64,000 nt of DNA from positions 64,001 to 128,000 of the forward strand of contig CAVZZO010000003.1 in assembly GCA_963779755.1 (NCBI GenBank), read 5' to 3'. The position numbers and the translations under genes are program-made. This DNA is from an uncultured Gemmatimonadales bacterium (GTDB lineage: Bacteria > Gemmatimonadota > Gemmatimonadetes > Gemmatimonadales > GWC2-71-9). The notes beneath the pieces were generated by a model, which was given only the letters and a program-made list of their open reading frames with translations, was not told where the DNA came from and did no database searches. Of the stretch, positions 13,324 through 25,712 are shown piece after piece (positions within the stretch are counted from its first letter, which is position 1; the number at the start of each line of letters is the position of its first letter).

Positions 13324-15712
13324 ATGCCGTTCCGGCTTCTTCCCCTCCTGCTGCTGGGCACGCTTGCCGCGCCCGTCGCCCTGTGCGCCCAGGAACCCGC
13401 CACGCCGCCCGTGGTGGACAGCCTCGCGGTGACCGGCAACCAGCGCCTCACCCGGGCCCAGATCCTGGGCACCGCCAACCTCAAGACCGGGCAGGCGATC
13501 AGCTACCGGGATATCCAGCGAGCCATCGCCGCCCTGTGGGCCACGGGGCAGTTCGACGATGTCCGGGTGGACCAGGATCTGCAGGGCGAGCAGCTTATCC
13601 TGGTCCTCCGGGTCAAGGAACGTCCCATCCTGGTGAACTGGTCGGTCCGGGGCGTGAACAAACTGTCCGAGCGGCGGGTCAAGGAACGCGTGAAGCTGAG
13701 CTCGGGCAAGCCGGTAGATCGCGCCTCCGTCGCCCGCGCCGTGGCCGGGATCGATTCCCTCTACCGGGAGAACGGCTATTACGCCGCCAGCACCCGGGTG
13801 GAGGAAGCCACCGTCCCCCGGGGGATCCAGATTGCCTTCGTGGTGAACGAGGGAAGCCGCGTGGCCGTGAGCCAGGTGGTGGTGGAGGGCAACGACAGCC
13901 TCTCGGATAAGGACATCGTCAAGCACATGGCGGTTCATCCGGAGGGCTTCTGGTGGTTCCAGCCCGGGCGGTTCGACCAGGAAGAGCTCGATCGCGACGT
14001 GCGCGAGCGGCTGCCCGACTTCTACGGCCAGCACGGGTTCATCGATTTCCACGTCCTGGACGATACCCTGGTGTCGGATACCGGCACCGGCAAGGCGTCG
14101 CTCACCCTCAAGGTGCAGGAGGGGCCCCAGTACCGCGTGGGCACCTTCGAGATCGAAGGCAACCGCCGCTTCAGCACCGAGGAGCTGAGTCTCTACTATC
14201 CCTTCGGGACCTCGGTGGCGCCGGGCGCGCCCGATACCGTGGCCGGCGCCCACCCCCCGTTCGATCGCGCCGCGTGGGATGCCGCCACCGACAAGATCCA
14301 CACCCTGTACGGGAACTGGGGCTACATCTACGCCGATATCCAGCCGGTGGAACAGCGGCGCACCGCTCCCGACGGCACCCACTATCGTGGACCTGGCCTG
14401 GAGAATCCAGGAAGGCCAGGTAGCCACCATCAACAAGGTGAACATCGTCGGGAATGACGTCACCCACGAACGGGTGATCCGGGACGCCATCGTGCTGCTG
14501 CCGGGCGCGGTCTTCAGCCAGGAGCGGCTGATCCGGTCCTACCAGAACATCTCCAACCTGGGGTTCTTCCAGCAGCCGTTGCCGTTCCCCGACGTTCAGC
14601 GGGCGGCCAACGGCGTGGACGTGGATATCACCTTCCGGGTGGAGGAGCGGCGCACCGGCAACTTCAACTTCGGCGCGTCGCTGGGGCAGGGCTATGGCGT
14701 GGGCGGGTTCTTCGGCATCGAGGAGCCCAATCTCTTCGGCCGGGGCAAACGGATCCGCTTCCAGTGGCAGTTCGGGTCCAACATCAACGATTTCACCCTG
14801 AGCTACACCGACCCGGCCATCCGCGACAGCCGGATCTCCGGTACCGTCACGCTCTTCAATTCCCGCCAGCGGTTCACCGTGGGCGACCTCGGCCGCCGCC
14901 GGCAGGAAGGCGGCAATCTGCAGCTGGGGTTCCCCTTCTTCGGCTCGCGCTATACCCGGCTCTTCGCGTCCTACGGCTATCAGCGCATCCGTTTCACCGA
15001 GGGATCGGCCGACCTGCGGGCCCAGTTCAGCTGCTCCAGCTGCAGCCGCTCGACCGTCGGCCTGACCCTGCTCCGGGACACCCGGGTGGACCTGCCGTTC
15101 CCCACCGGGGGCACCATGGCGTCCGCGTCGGTGGAGCAGGACGGGGGGGTGCTGGGCGGCACCGGCAACTACCAGAAGGTGGATCTCGAAGGCCGCTGGT
15201 ATGCTCCCCTCGGCACCATCGGCGGCACCCCCCAGTTCGGGACCGGCGTCAAGCTGGTTCTGGGCCTCACCGCCAAGTCGGGCTTCATCTTCGGCGACGC
15301 GGGGCCGTTCTTTACCGAGCTGTACTCCATGGGCGGGACCCAGTTCGGGATCCCCCTGCGCGGGTACGACGAGTTCTCCATCACCCCCAACGGCTACGAT
15401 GCCAACGCGAGCAGCGGCAGCGCCGCGGCCAGCTCCTTCGGGAAGGCCTACGCGGCCTTTACCCTGGAGGCAGGCGCCCGGCTGAGCCAGTCTCTATATT
15501 TCTCGGCATTCTTCGATGCCGGGAACGTCTATCGTAATGTGCGGCAATATGATCCCAGCCGCCTGTTCCGTGGCGCCGGCCTCGGCGTCGCGGTGATTTC
15601 GCCCCTGGGCCCCATCGGGATCGACCTGGGCTACGGGTTCGATCGCCTCAACGTCAATGGGCAACCCGCGCCGGGCTGGAAACTCCACTTCAAGCTCGGC
15701 CAATTCTTCTAA
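13324..15712 (+). CDS. bamA: Outer membrane assembly factor BamA, reading frame broken by one extra base near 14383-14386
   Basis: Signal peptide and POTRA repeats in ORF 13324-14457; last POTRA plus barrel (LRGY, SPLGPI, terminal F) in ORF ending 15712; span 2389 nt = 3n+1. Confidence 0.9.
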
Positions 15713-15726
15713 CCCGGAGTAAGGGA

Positions 15727-16272
15727 ATGCGCACGGTTTCAAAAGTCTGGCTGGCCTCGGCGGCCCTGTTGCTCGTGGGCGCGCTGGCACGTCCCGCGGC
15801 AGCGCAGCAGGGCGCGGCCAAGATCGCCTACGTCAATACCCAGCTCATCCTCAAGCAGACGCCGGGATTCGCCCAGGCCGAATCCACGTTCAAGAAGGAA
15901 GTGGAAGGCTATCGGGCCGAGGTGCAGCAGCTCCAGTCCAAGCTGGACTCCGCCGCCGCCGCTTTCGATCGCGACGCCGTGCTGCTGAGCCCCAGCGCCC
16001 GGGAGTCCAAGCGGAAGGAGCTGCAGGACCAGCAGACCTCGCTGGAGAGCCGGATGCAGGAGTTGCGCGACCGGGCCTCCCAGCGCGAGCAGGAACTGCT
16101 CGACCCGATCCAGGCCCGCATCTCTACCGTGATCAACGGGATCAGGGCCGAGGGGAACTATTCGATGATCTTCGACATCGCGGTTCTGGGGAACGGCGTT
16201 CTGGCGGCGGACAAGTCGCTCGACCTGACCGACACGGTCATCAAACGGCTGCAGCCCGCCGCGGGCAAGTAG
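15727..16272 (+). CDS. skp: OmpH/Skp periplasmic chaperone
   Basis: Signal peptide, KIAYVN, coiled coil, DLTDTVI; lies between bamA and lpxD. Confidence 0.9.
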   Translation: MRTVSKVWLASAALLLVGALARPAAAQQGAAKIAYVNTQLILKQTPGFAQAESTFKKEVEGYRAEVQQLQSKLDSAAAAFDRDAVLLSPSARESKRKELQDQQTSLESRMQELRDRASQREQELLDPIQARISTVINGIRAEGNYSMIFDIAVLGNGVLAADKSLDLTDTVIKRLQPAAGK

Positions 16273-16275
16273 GCC

Positions 16276-17322
16276 GTGAGCGGCACGGGGCTTACCGCGC
16301 AGGCGGTCGCCGATTCGGTCGGTGGCCGCCTGCTTGGCGATGGTACGGTAATCCTGCGGCGGATCGCGCCGCTGGACCGCGCCGGGCCCGATGCGCTCTC
16401 GTTTCTTGTTTCGGCCCGATACGTCCCGTATTTTCGCACCTCGGCGGCCGGGGCCGTGCTGCTGGCCGAGGGGCAGGCGTCCCTGGACCAGGGGCCCGCC
16501 ACCCGTATCGTCGTGGCCGATCCCTACCAGGCGCTGCTGGCGGTGCTGCCGCAGCTCTACCCCGCCGAAGCGCCCGAGCCGGGCGTGCACCCGTCCTGCC
16601 TCCTGGGGCCGGGCACCGTCCTGGGCGAAGCCGTCACGCTCGGTCCCGGCTGCGTGGTGGGGCGGAACGTCCGGCTGGGCGACCACTGCCGGCTGGGGCC
16701 CGGCGTCGTTCTGGAGGACGCGGTCACCGTCGGTGCCGGAAGCCGGCTGGGCCCGCGGGTCGTGTGCCACCAGGGGGTACAGCTGGGCGAGCGCGTGGTG
16801 GTCCAGGCAGGGGCCGTGCTCGGCGGGCAGGGGTTCGGCTACCGGCAGGAGGACGGCCGCCACCGCCACATTCCCCACGTGGGTGGCTGCATCCTGGAGG
16901 ACGAGGTCGAGATCGGGGCCAACACCTGCGTCGATCGCGGCAGCGTGGATGATACGATTATCGGTGCCGGGAGCAAGATCGACAACCTGGTGCATGTCGC
17001 GCACAACGTCCGGATCGGCCGGCGCTGTCTCATCATGGCCTGCTGCGGCATCGCGGGAAGCGCCCGGATTGGCGACGATGTGATCATCGCCGGGGCGGTG
17101 GGTATCGCCGACCACATCACCATCGGCGCCGGGGCCCGCATTGCCGCCAAGAGCGCCGTCTACGGCGACGTGCCCGCGGGCGCCACCTATGGGGGCTATC
17201 CCGCGCGGCCCCACCGGGAGTTCCTGCGGCATCACGCCGCCGTCAACCGGCTGATCCCGCACCTGAAAGAGCTCGAATCCCTGATCCGGGAGCGGACGCA
17301 ACGTGCCCAGAACGACGATTGA
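16276..17322 (+). CDS. lpxD: UDP-3-O-acyl-glucosamine N-acyltransferase
   Basis: Hexapeptide repeats, GFGY, IPHVG, VEIGANTCVDRG, KIDNLVHVAHNV. Confidence 0.95.
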   Translation: MSGTGLTAQAVADSVGGRLLGDGTVILRRIAPLDRAGPDALSFLVSARYVPYFRTSAAGAVLLAEGQASLDQGPATRIVVADPYQALLAVLPQLYPAEAPEPGVHPSCLLGPGTVLGEAVTLGPGCVVGRNVRLGDHCRLGPGVVLEDAVTVGAGSRLGPRVVCHQGVQLGERVVVQAGAVLGGQGFGYRQEDGRHRHIPHVGGCILEDEVEIGANTCVDRGSVDDTIIGAGSKIDNLVHVAHNVRIGRRCLIMACCGIAGSARIGDDVIIAGAVGIADHITIGAGARIAAKSAVYGDVPAGATYGGYPARPHREFLRHHAAVNRLIPHLKELESLIRERTQRAQNDD

Positions 17323-18577
17323 CCAACCCGTATCGCTGGACGGGGTCGGACTGCACACCGGCGCGGCCACCCGCGTCACCTGCCGCCCGGCCGACCCGGG
17401 CCACGGCGTGGTGTTCCGGCGCATGGATCTGGAAGGCCATCCCGACATCCCGGCCCGGCTGAACGAGGTTACCGAGACCGAGCGGCGGACCACGCTGGGG
17501 GAAGGCGAGCGCGCCATCCACACCGTGGAGCATCTCCTGGCCGCGACCGCCGTGCTGGAGCTGGACGACCTGGTCATCGAGCTCGATGGCCCAGAGCCGC
17601 CGGTGCTCGACGGTTCCTTCGCCCCCTGGCTGGAGCTGTTGCGCGGCGCCGGCCTGCGGAAACAGGAGGGCGAGCCGACCATCTACCGGATCACGGCGCC
17701 ACTCCAGGTCAGCGAAGGCGACGCCGCCTACGTGGTGAGCCCCGCGCGCAGGCTCCGCCTCACGACCACCATCGAGTGGGATCACCCCCTGATCGGCCGG
17801 CAGGTGGGCGACTGGGACATCACGCCCGAGACGTTCGGCGCCGAGCTGGCCCCGGCGCGCACCTTCGGCTTCGCCAGCGAGGTGGAATCGCTGCGCGAAC
17901 GGGGCCTCATTCGCGGCGCCTCCACCGAGAACGCCGTCGTGCTGGGCGACACCGGCGTGCTCGGCACCACGCTGCGCTGGCCCGACGAATTCGTCCGCCA
18001 CAAGGCGGGGGACATTCTGGGCGACCTGGCGCTGCTGGGCGGCCGGATCCAGGCGCATATCATCGCCACCCGGCCCTGTCACAAGGGCAATATCGCGCTG
18101 GCCCGCGCTATCGCCCGTACCGGGACCCGCTCCGGCGAAGTCACCATGGATATCGGCCGGATCCTGGACTACATCCCCCACCGCTATCCCTTCCTTCTGG
18201 TCGACCGGATCATCGAAGTCGAGGGCAACCGGAGGATCGTCGGCATCAAGAACGTCACCATCAACGAGCCGTTTTTCCAGGGACATTTCCCCGGCCACCC
18301 AATCATGCCCGGTGTGCTCATTATCGAGGCCATGGCCCAGGTGGGTGGCATGCTGCTGCTGGGCTGCCTGGTCGAGGAGAGCCACGACAAGGTCGTCTAT
18401 TTCATGTCGCTCGACAACGTCAAGTTCCGCCGGCCGGTGACGCCGGGCGACCAGCTGCGCTGCGAGTTGGAGATGACTCAGTTCCGGGGCAAGACCTGCC
18501 GCATGAAAGGCGTGGCGCTGGTGGATGGCCAGGTGGTGGCGGAAGCCGAGATGATGGCCCGTGTGGTGGACCGGTGA
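17303..18577 (+). CDS. lpxC: Bifunctional LpxC deacetylase / FabZ dehydratase
   Basis: GVGLHTG, TVEHLLA, RHKAGD, then [11 protein letters not shown] and [23 protein letters not shown] in one ORF. Confidence 0.95.
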   Translation: MPRTTIDQPVSLDGVGLHTGAATRVTCRPADPGHGVVFRRMDLEGHPDIPARLNEVTETERRTTLGEGERAIHTVEHLLAATAVLELDDLVIELDGPEPPVLDGSFAPWLELLRGAGLRKQEGEPTIYRITAPLQVSEGDAAYVVSPARRLRLTTTIEWDHPLIGRQVGDWDITPETFGAELAPARTFGFASEVESLRERGLIRGASTENAVVLGDTGVLGTTLRWPDEFVRHKAGDILGDLALLGGRIQAHIIATRPCHKGNIALARAIARTGTRSGEVTMDIGRILDYIPHRYPFLLVDRIIEVEGNRRIVGIKNVTINEPFFQGHFPGHPIMPGVLIIEAMAQVGGMLLLGCLVEESHDKVVYFMSLDNVKFRRPVTPGDQLRCELEMTQFRGKTCRMKGVALVDGQVVAEAEMMARVVDR

Positions 18578-19347
18578 GCGGCATTCACCCCACCGCCCTC
18601 ATCGATCCGGCCGCCCGGATCGGCGCCGGCGTCCGCATCGGGCCCTACAGCATCCTCGGACCGGATGTCGAGGTGGGCGACGAGTGCGTGCTCGGCCCCC
18701 ATGTGGTGCTGGAACAGAACGTCCGGCTCGCGGCCGGAGTGGAGGTCGGCAGCGGCTCCATCCTGGGCGGCAGACCCCAGGACCTCAAGTACCGGGGAGA
18801 GGAAACCTGGGTGGAGGTGGGAGAGGGCTGCCGCCTGCGCGAGTTCGTCACTGTCAACCGTGGTACCCACGCCCGTGGCCGCACCGTCGTGGGCGCCCAC
18901 TGCTTCCTCATGAGCTACGTGCACCTGGGGCACGACTGCCAGCTGGGTGATGGCGTCATCATCGCCAACGGTACCCAGCTGGCGGGCCATGTCACGGTCC
19001 ACGACCGCGCCCAGCTCAGCGCCCTCATCGGCGTGCACCAGTTCGTCACCATCGGCTCGTTCTGCTTCGTGGGCGGGATGACCCGGGTCAACCAGGACAT
19101 CCCGCCCTTCGTCAAGGCGGTGGGCAATCCGATGGAACTCTACGGGCTGAATACCATCGGCCTGCAGCGGGCCGGCTTCACGCCCGACGTGCTGAACGCC
19201 CTGAAGCGGGCCTACCGGCTCTTCTTCAACTCCGACTATAACCTCTCCCAGGCGGCGGAACGCGCCCGGACCGAGCTCCCGGGCATTCCGGAAGTCGAGC
19301 AGTTCGTCGCCTTCGTGGAATCCTCCGAGCGCGGGGTGCCGGCATGA
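18574..19347 (+). CDS. lpxA: UDP-GlcNAc acyltransferase
   Basis: IHPTALID, PQDLKYRGE, HLGHDC, VHQF, GLNTIGLQR. Confidence 0.95.
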   Translation: MSGIHPTALIDPAARIGAGVRIGPYSILGPDVEVGDECVLGPHVVLEQNVRLAAGVEVGSGSILGGRPQDLKYRGEETWVEVGEGCRLREFVTVNRGTHARGRTVVGAHCFLMSYVHLGHDCQLGDGVIIANGTQLAGHVTVHDRAQLSALIGVHQFVTIGSFCFVGGMTRVNQDIPPFVKAVGNPMELYGLNTIGLQRAGFTPDVLNALKRAYRLFFNSDYNLSQAAERARTELPGIPEVEQFVAFVESSERGVPA

Positions 19348-20324
19348 GCGCGCGCCTGCCGGTGGGCGTGATCGGGGTCGGGGCGCTGGGGACCCACCAC
19401 GCCCGTCATCTGTCGCAGCTGGACGGAGTCGAACTGGTCGGGGTGCACGATCTGCGGCCGGAACAGGCCACGCAGGTGGCCGAGCGCACGGGGACCCGCG
19501 CCTTCACCGATCCTGACGACCTGCTGCGCCGGGTGCGGGCGGTGAGCATCGCGGTTCCCACCCCGGCCCACGCCGAGGTCGGCGTCCGGGCGCTGGAAGC
19601 GGGTGTGGCCGTACTCATGGAGAAGCCGCTCGCCGCCACTCTGGAGGATGCCGACCGGCTGGTGGCGGCGGCGGCCCGGGGCCGCCACCTGCTGCAGGTG
19701 GGACACATCGAGCGCTTCAACCGCGCGGTGCGGGCGGCCCACCCCTACCTGGCGGAGCCCCGCTACCTGGAGAGTATGCGGCTCGCGCCCTTCCAGCCCC
19801 GGGGCACCGATGTCGCGGTCATTCTCGACCTCATGATCCACGACCTCGACCTCATCCTCCATCTGCTGGGCGGGGGGGAAGCCGCCGACGTGCGGGCCTC
19901 CGGCGTGGCCGTGCTCTCCAACCACCTGGATATGGCGAATGCCCGGGTGGAGTTCGCCAACGGCGCCGTCGCCAACGTCACGGCCAGCCGCATGGCTCGA
20001 GACCGCATGCGCAAGCTCCGCATCTTTCAGCGCACCGGGTACTTCTCACTCGACCTGGGAACCGGGGGCGGCGAGTTCATGCGGCTGCGCCCCGGGTGGC
20101 GCCCCGGCCCCAACCAGAAGCTGGAAGACATCGTCGAGCGTATCGCGCTCGATGCGCCGGAAGCCGACGCGCTGCGGCTGGAGCTGGAGAGCTTCGTGCG
20201 GAGTGTCTCCGGTAGCACGCAATCGGGGGTCAGCGGGGAGGAAGGTCGTGCCGCGGTGGCGCTGGCCCTGCAGGTGCTCGACGCCGTACAACGCTCGCCG
20301 GTTCTGGCCACCCCACCGGCATGA
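19344..20324 (+). CDS. Gfo/Idh/MocA oxidoreductase (GnnA-like)
   Basis: GVGALG, EKPLA, GHIERFN, DLMIHDLD; located between lpxA and lpxB. Confidence 0.85.
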   Translation: MSARLPVGVIGVGALGTHHARHLSQLDGVELVGVHDLRPEQATQVAERTGTRAFTDPDDLLRRVRAVSIAVPTPAHAEVGVRALEAGVAVLMEKPLAATLEDADRLVAAAARGRHLLQVGHIERFNRAVRAAHPYLAEPRYLESMRLAPFQPRGTDVAVILDLMIHDLDLILHLLGGGEAADVRASGVAVLSNHLDMANARVEFANGAVANVTASRMARDRMRKLRIFQRTGYFSLDLGTGGGEFMRLRPGWRPGPNQKLEDIVERIALDAPEADALRLELESFVRSVSGSTQSGVSGEEGRAAVALALQVLDAVQRSPVLATPPA

Positions 20325-21448
20325 CCCTGGCAGGGCCGGTGCGGGTGTTCGTGTCGGCCGGAGAGCCGTCCGGCGATCTGCATGGCGCCGGCGTCGTGGC
20401 GGCGCTGCGCCGCCGGCTGCCGGGCGTCGAGATCGACGCCTTCGGCGGGCCGGCCATGGCCGCCGAGGGGGCCGCCGTGGCCTATCACATGGAGCAATAC
20501 AGCGCCCTCGGCCTGGTCGAGGTCGTCCACTCCATCCCGGCCCACTACCGGCTGCTCCGCACCCTGCGCCGGCGCTTCCGCAGCCGCCGCTACGACCTCG
20601 TCCTCCTGATCGACTATCCCGGCTTCAATGTCCGGCTGGCCCGGGATGCGCACCAGGCCGGCAGCCGGGTCCTCTACTTCATCCCGCCGGCGCTCTGGGC
20701 ATGGCGCCCGGGCCGGGCCAGGCATCTCCGCGGCGTGGCCGACCGCGTGGCCGTCCCCCTCCCGTTCGAGGAGCGGTTCCTCCGGGGCCTGGGTATTCCG
20801 GCCGAGTTCGTCGGCCATCCCATCGTCGACCGGGCGGCGCACGCGCCCTCTCGCGAGGAGGCGCGCCGCCAGCTCGAAATCCCGGCTGAAGCGCGGGTCC
20901 TCGCTATCTTTCCCGGGAGCCGGGCGCAGGAAGTGCGGAACCACTGGCGCCATTTCCGCGATGCCGCGCTGGCACTGCTGGACGAAGGCGCCTGCGACCG
21001 CGTGATCATGGCCTCTACCCCGGTCGGGGAATATCCCGATCCCGGCGCCATCCGGCCCGTGGACGGCAACTCGCTCGCGGTGCTGGCCGCGGCCGATGCG
21101 GTGCTGGCGAAGTCCGGCACTACCACGCTGGAAGCGGCGCTCACGGACACGCCCATGGTGGTGGCCTACCGCACCAACCCGCTTACCTACCGGCTGGCCC
21201 GGATGCTGGTGCGGGTACGCTGGATCAGCCTGGTGAATCTGGTGGCCGAGATCGAAGTGGTGCCGGAGCTGCATCAGCAGGAGGTGAATGCCCAGCGCCT
21301 GCGCGACGAGCTCCGGCCGCTGCTCGATCCGGCGCACCCGAAGACCGTGGCCCAGCACGCCGGGCTCGAGCTGGTGCGGCAACGCCTGGGCCCTCCAGGA
21401 GCCACCGAGCGGGTGGCGGCCATGGCGGCCGAGTTGCTGGGCCAATGA
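20321..21448 (+). CDS. lpxB: Lipid-A-disaccharide synthase
   Basis: AGEPSGDLHG, IDYPGFN, FVGHP, FPGSR, KSGTTTLEAAL. Confidence 0.94.
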   Translation: MTLAGPVRVFVSAGEPSGDLHGAGVVAALRRRLPGVEIDAFGGPAMAAEGAAVAYHMEQYSALGLVEVVHSIPAHYRLLRTLRRRFRSRRYDLVLLIDYPGFNVRLARDAHQAGSRVLYFIPPALWAWRPGRARHLRGVADRVAVPLPFEERFLRGLGIPAEFVGHPIVDRAAHAPSREEARRQLEIPAEARVLAIFPGSRAQEVRNHWRHFRDAALALLDEGACDRVIMASTPVGEYPDPGAIRPVDGNSLAVLAAADAVLAKSGTTTLEAALTDTPMVVAYRTNPLTYRLARMLVRVRWISLVNLVAEIEVVPELHQQEVNAQRLRDELRPLLDPAHPKTVAQHAGLELVRQRLGPPGATERVAAMAAELLGQ

Positions 21449-22104
21449 GGTGGCGGCTGCCGCCGGCATTCGCCCAGGCGCTGGCCGGTCCGGCAGCAGG
21501 GCTCCTGGCGCGCAGTTGGCGCATGCGCACGCTGCATGAGGAACGCTGGCGGGCATTGCGGAAGGAAGGCCGGGGCTTCGTCTTCCTCTGCTGGCACGAA
21601 GCGCTCCTGCCGCTGCTCTGGTACCATCGCCGGCAGGAGATCACCATCGTGGTGAGCGAGGCTCGCGACGGACAGTACCTGGCCGACTTCGCCGAGCGCA
21701 TCGGTTACCGGCTGGTGCGCGGCTCCAGCACCCGTGGGGCCATGCGCGCCTTGCTGGGAGCGGTCCGGGAGCTGGAAGACGGCTACGCCGTGGCCTTCAC
21801 CCCGGATGGGCCGAAGGGCCCGCGACGGGAGCTGAAACCGGGAGCGGTGGCGGCGGCGCAGCGCGCCGGCCGGCCGGTACTGCCGCTACACGCCCAGGCG
21901 GACCGGGCATGGCGGTTCCACTCCTGGGACCGGTTCATGCTGCCGAAGCCGCTGGCCCGGGTCCGGATCGCCTATGGCGAGCCGTTCCGGGTGACCCCCG
22001 GGCCGGCGGGACTGAGCGAAGGCCTGGAACGGGCGGTGGAAGCGATGCGACACATTACTCGAGAGGTCGAATGCCCCGACGGCGCGGCGACACCCACCGG
22101 CTGA
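21445..22104 (+). CDS. DUF374 lysophospholipid acyltransferase family protein (LpxJ-like)
   Basis: WH, S..RDG, VRGSSTRG, FTPDGPKGP, SWDRFMLPKP. Confidence 0.82.
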   Translation: MRWRLPPAFAQALAGPAAGLLARSWRMRTLHEERWRALRKEGRGFVFLCWHEALLPLLWYHRRQEITIVVSEARDGQYLADFAERIGYRLVRGSSTRGAMRALLGAVRELEDGYAVAFTPDGPKGPRRELKPGAVAAAQRAGRPVLPLHAQADRAWRFHSWDRFMLPKPLARVRIAYGEPFRVTPGPAGLSEGLERAVEAMRHITREVECPDGAATPTG

Positions 22105-23120
22105 TCCGCTGGCTCTGGACCAGCCGGCGGCTCGATGCCCGGCTGGCGCGCCTCGGCCTCCTGCCGGCGGCGGGCCTCTGGTGGGCCGGTATGGGGCTGC
22201 GCACCCGCGCCTACCGGCGCGGCTGGCTGCCGGTGCACGACCTGCCGCTGCCCTCGGTCGCCGTCGGGAACCTTACCGTGGGCGGCTCGGGCAAGACGCC
22301 GGTCGCGATCTGGATCGCGCGCTATTTCGCCGGGCGGGGCCTGCGGCCCGGTATCCTGCTGCGGGGCTACGGCGGCGACGAGACCCTGGTGCACGAGCGG
22401 GCCCTCCCCGGCGCGGTGGTGATCGCCGACGCCGACCGGGCCGCGGGCGCCGAGCGCGCGCTCGCGCGCGGGGCGCAGGTCCTGGTGCTGGACGATGCCT
22501 TTCAGCGCCTGGATGTCCACCGGGATTACAACCTCGCCGTGGTGAGCGCGGAGACCACCCGGGCGGTCCGCTGGCCGCTGCCCGCCGGGCCCTGGCGCGA
22601 GGGACTTCCCTCGCTGCGGCGCGCCGACGCGGTGGTGGTGACCCGCAAGCGCGCCAGCCTGGATACGGCGCTGAGCCTGGCTTCGCGCCTGCTCGCTCGG
22701 GTCGAGGTGCCGGTGGGGGTAGCGCACCTGGGGCTGGCCCGGCTGGAGGGGCTGCTCTCCGGGACGGTGCATCCGCCCGCCGCGCTCCAGGGCCGGCGCG
22801 TGGTGGCCGCCTCGGCCATCGCCGATCCGGAGGCCTTCGTGGTGCAGACCAAGGCCACCGGGGCGGCGGTGCAGGTGGCCACCTGGAAGGACCATTACGC
22901 GTATCGGGACGAAGACGTCGCCTGGCTGGGGCATGCGGCGCGCCGTGCCGACTACGTGGTGATTACCGAAAAGGATGCCGTGAAGCTGCGGCAGCGCTGG
23001 CCGAAGGACGCCCCGGAACCGCTGGTTGCCATCCTCGACCTCACCTGGGAAGAGGGGGGCGAGGATATCTGCGCGGGCCTCGACGCCGTCGTGACGCCCG
23101 TCGCCCATCTCTCACACTGA
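22071..23120 (+). CDS. lpxK: Tetraacyldisaccharide 4'-kinase
   Basis: [39 protein letters not shown]. Confidence 0.93.
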   Translation: MPRRRGDTHRLIRWLWTSRRLDARLARLGLLPAAGLWWAGMGLRTRAYRRGWLPVHDLPLPSVAVGNLTVGGSGKTPVAIWIARYFAGRGLRPGILLRGYGGDETLVHERALPGAVVIADADRAAGAERALARGAQVLVLDDAFQRLDVHRDYNLAVVSAETTRAVRWPLPAGPWREGLPSLRRADAVVVTRKRASLDTALSLASRLLARVEVPVGVAHLGLARLEGLLSGTVHPPAALQGRRVVAASAIADPEAFVVQTKATGAAVQVATWKDHYAYRDEDVAWLGHAARRADYVVITEKDAVKLRQRWPKDAPEPLVAILDLTWEEGGEDICAGLDAVVTPVAHLSH

Positions 23121-23145
23121 ATGCGTTGGAGCCGACGCCACCTAT

Positions 23146-24456
<1,311 letters not shown>

Positions 24457-24460
24457 GAGT

Positions 24461-24494
24461 GGGCAGAGCGGGCAGAATGGGCGGAATGGGCAGG
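24461..24494 (+). repeat. 9-mer tandem repeat (GGGCRGARY x about 4)
   Basis: GGGCAGAGC GGGCAGAAT GGGCGGAAT GGGCAGG between gdh and rlmH. Confidence 0.7.
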
Positions 24495-24501
24495 CCGGTC
24501 G

Positions 24502-24954
24502 GTGAACCTCAGGCTGGTGGCGGTGGGGAAGCTGCGGCCGGCCTGCCGCGAGCTCTGCGATGAATACCTGAAGCGTCTGGGGCGCTACCTGAAGGTTGAC
24601 GAGGTGGAAGTACGGGAAGCGCGCGGGCCCGACGCCGTGGCGCGGCGCGAAGAAGCGAAGCGCCTGCTGGACCGGTGTCCGCCCCAGTCCCGGATCGTGG
24701 CGCTGGAGCGCACCGGGCGCGCCTGGACCAGCGAGGAGCTGGCCCGGCAGCTGGCACGCTGGCGCGAAGGAGGCCGGGACGTGGCCCTCGTCCTGGGCGG
24801 TTCCACGGGGCTCGACATCGTGGTGCTGGAGCGCGCCGAGGCCTGCTGGAGCCTGGGGCCGCTCACCCTGCCGCACGAACTGGCGCGGGTGGTGGCATGC
24901 GAGCAGCTGTACCGGGCGGGGACGATTCTGAAGGGCGAGCGGTACCACAAATGA
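24502..24954 (+). CDS. rlmH: 23S rRNA pseudouridine-1915 methyltransferase
   Basis: AVGKL, LGGSTGL, SLGPLTLPHELAR, EQLYRA...YHK. Confidence 0.93.
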   Translation: MNLRLVAVGKLRPACRELCDEYLKRLGRYLKVDEVEVREARGPDAVARREEAKRLLDRCPPQSRIVALERTGRAWTSEELARQLARWREGGRDVALVLGGSTGLDIVVLERAEACWSLGPLTLPHELARVVACEQLYRAGTILKGERYHK

Positions 24955-24998
24955 CGGTGAAGGCCGCTGACGTCTTATGCCTCATCGCTGACGGCCCC

Positions 24999-25712
24999 AT
25001 GACGGAATGGTTCGAAGAATGGTTCGGCGAGGAGTACCTCCACCTCTATCCCCACCGGGATGAAGCCGATGCCGGGCGTATGGTTGCCCTCATCCGCCGG
25101 ACGCTGCCCTGGCGCGACGGCTGGCGCGTGCTCGACGTGGGGTGCGGCGCGGGCCGGCATGCCGCCGCGCTGGAAGCGGCCGGCTCCCGGCCCGTCGGTC
25201 TGGATCTCTCCCCCAGCCTGCTCCGGCGGGCCCGCGAAGTGACCGACGCGCCGCTCATCCGCGCCGACATGCGGTGGCTGCCGGTGCGCGCGGGCAGCAT
25301 GGATCTCACGGTGAATCTCTTCACCAGCTTCGGATACTTCGCAACCGACCAGGAGCACGAACAGGCCCTGTGCGGCATGGCCCGCACGCTGCGGCCGCGG
25401 GGGTGGCTGGTGCTCGATTTTCTCAATGCCGATCACGTCCGCGAGCACCTGGTGCCCGCCGGCACCCTCGACCTCGAAGGCACCGCCGTGCCGGTCCGCC
25501 GGTGGGTAAGCCCCGACGGCCGCTACGTCCACAAGGCAATGGACACGCCGGAGCGGCGCTTTACCGAGCGGGTCCGGCTCTTCACCGCCGCCGAGCTGGA
25601 AGAGCTGCTCCGGCGGGCGGGCATCACCGTCCACCACCGGTTTGGCGGCTACGACGGTCACGCGCACGGGCCCGGCGCCCCGCGCACCATTCTCATGGGC
25701 TCGCGGGCATGA
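24999..25712 (+). CDS. Class I SAM-dependent methyltransferase (NmbA-like candidate)
   Basis: WFEEWFGEEYLHLYPHRD, VLDVGCGAGRH, ADMR, NLFTSFGYF; overlaps the bshC start. Confidence 0.85.
   Translation: MTEWFEEWFGEEYLHLYPHRDEADAGRMVALIRRTLPWRDGWRVLDVGCGAGRHAAALEAAGSRPVGLDLSPSLLRRAREVTDAPLIRADMRWLPVRAGSMDLTVNLFTSFGYFATDQEHEQALCGMARTLRPRGWLVLDFLNADHVREHLVPAGTLDLEGTAVPVRRWVSPDGRYVHKAMDTPERRFTERVRLFTAAELEELLRRAGITVHHRFGGYDGHAHGPGAPRTILMGSRA

Noticed and set aside
17303..18577. LpxC-FabZ fusion as a novelty
   Set aside because: Well-known fusion in Bacteroidota/Chlorobiota and related phyla
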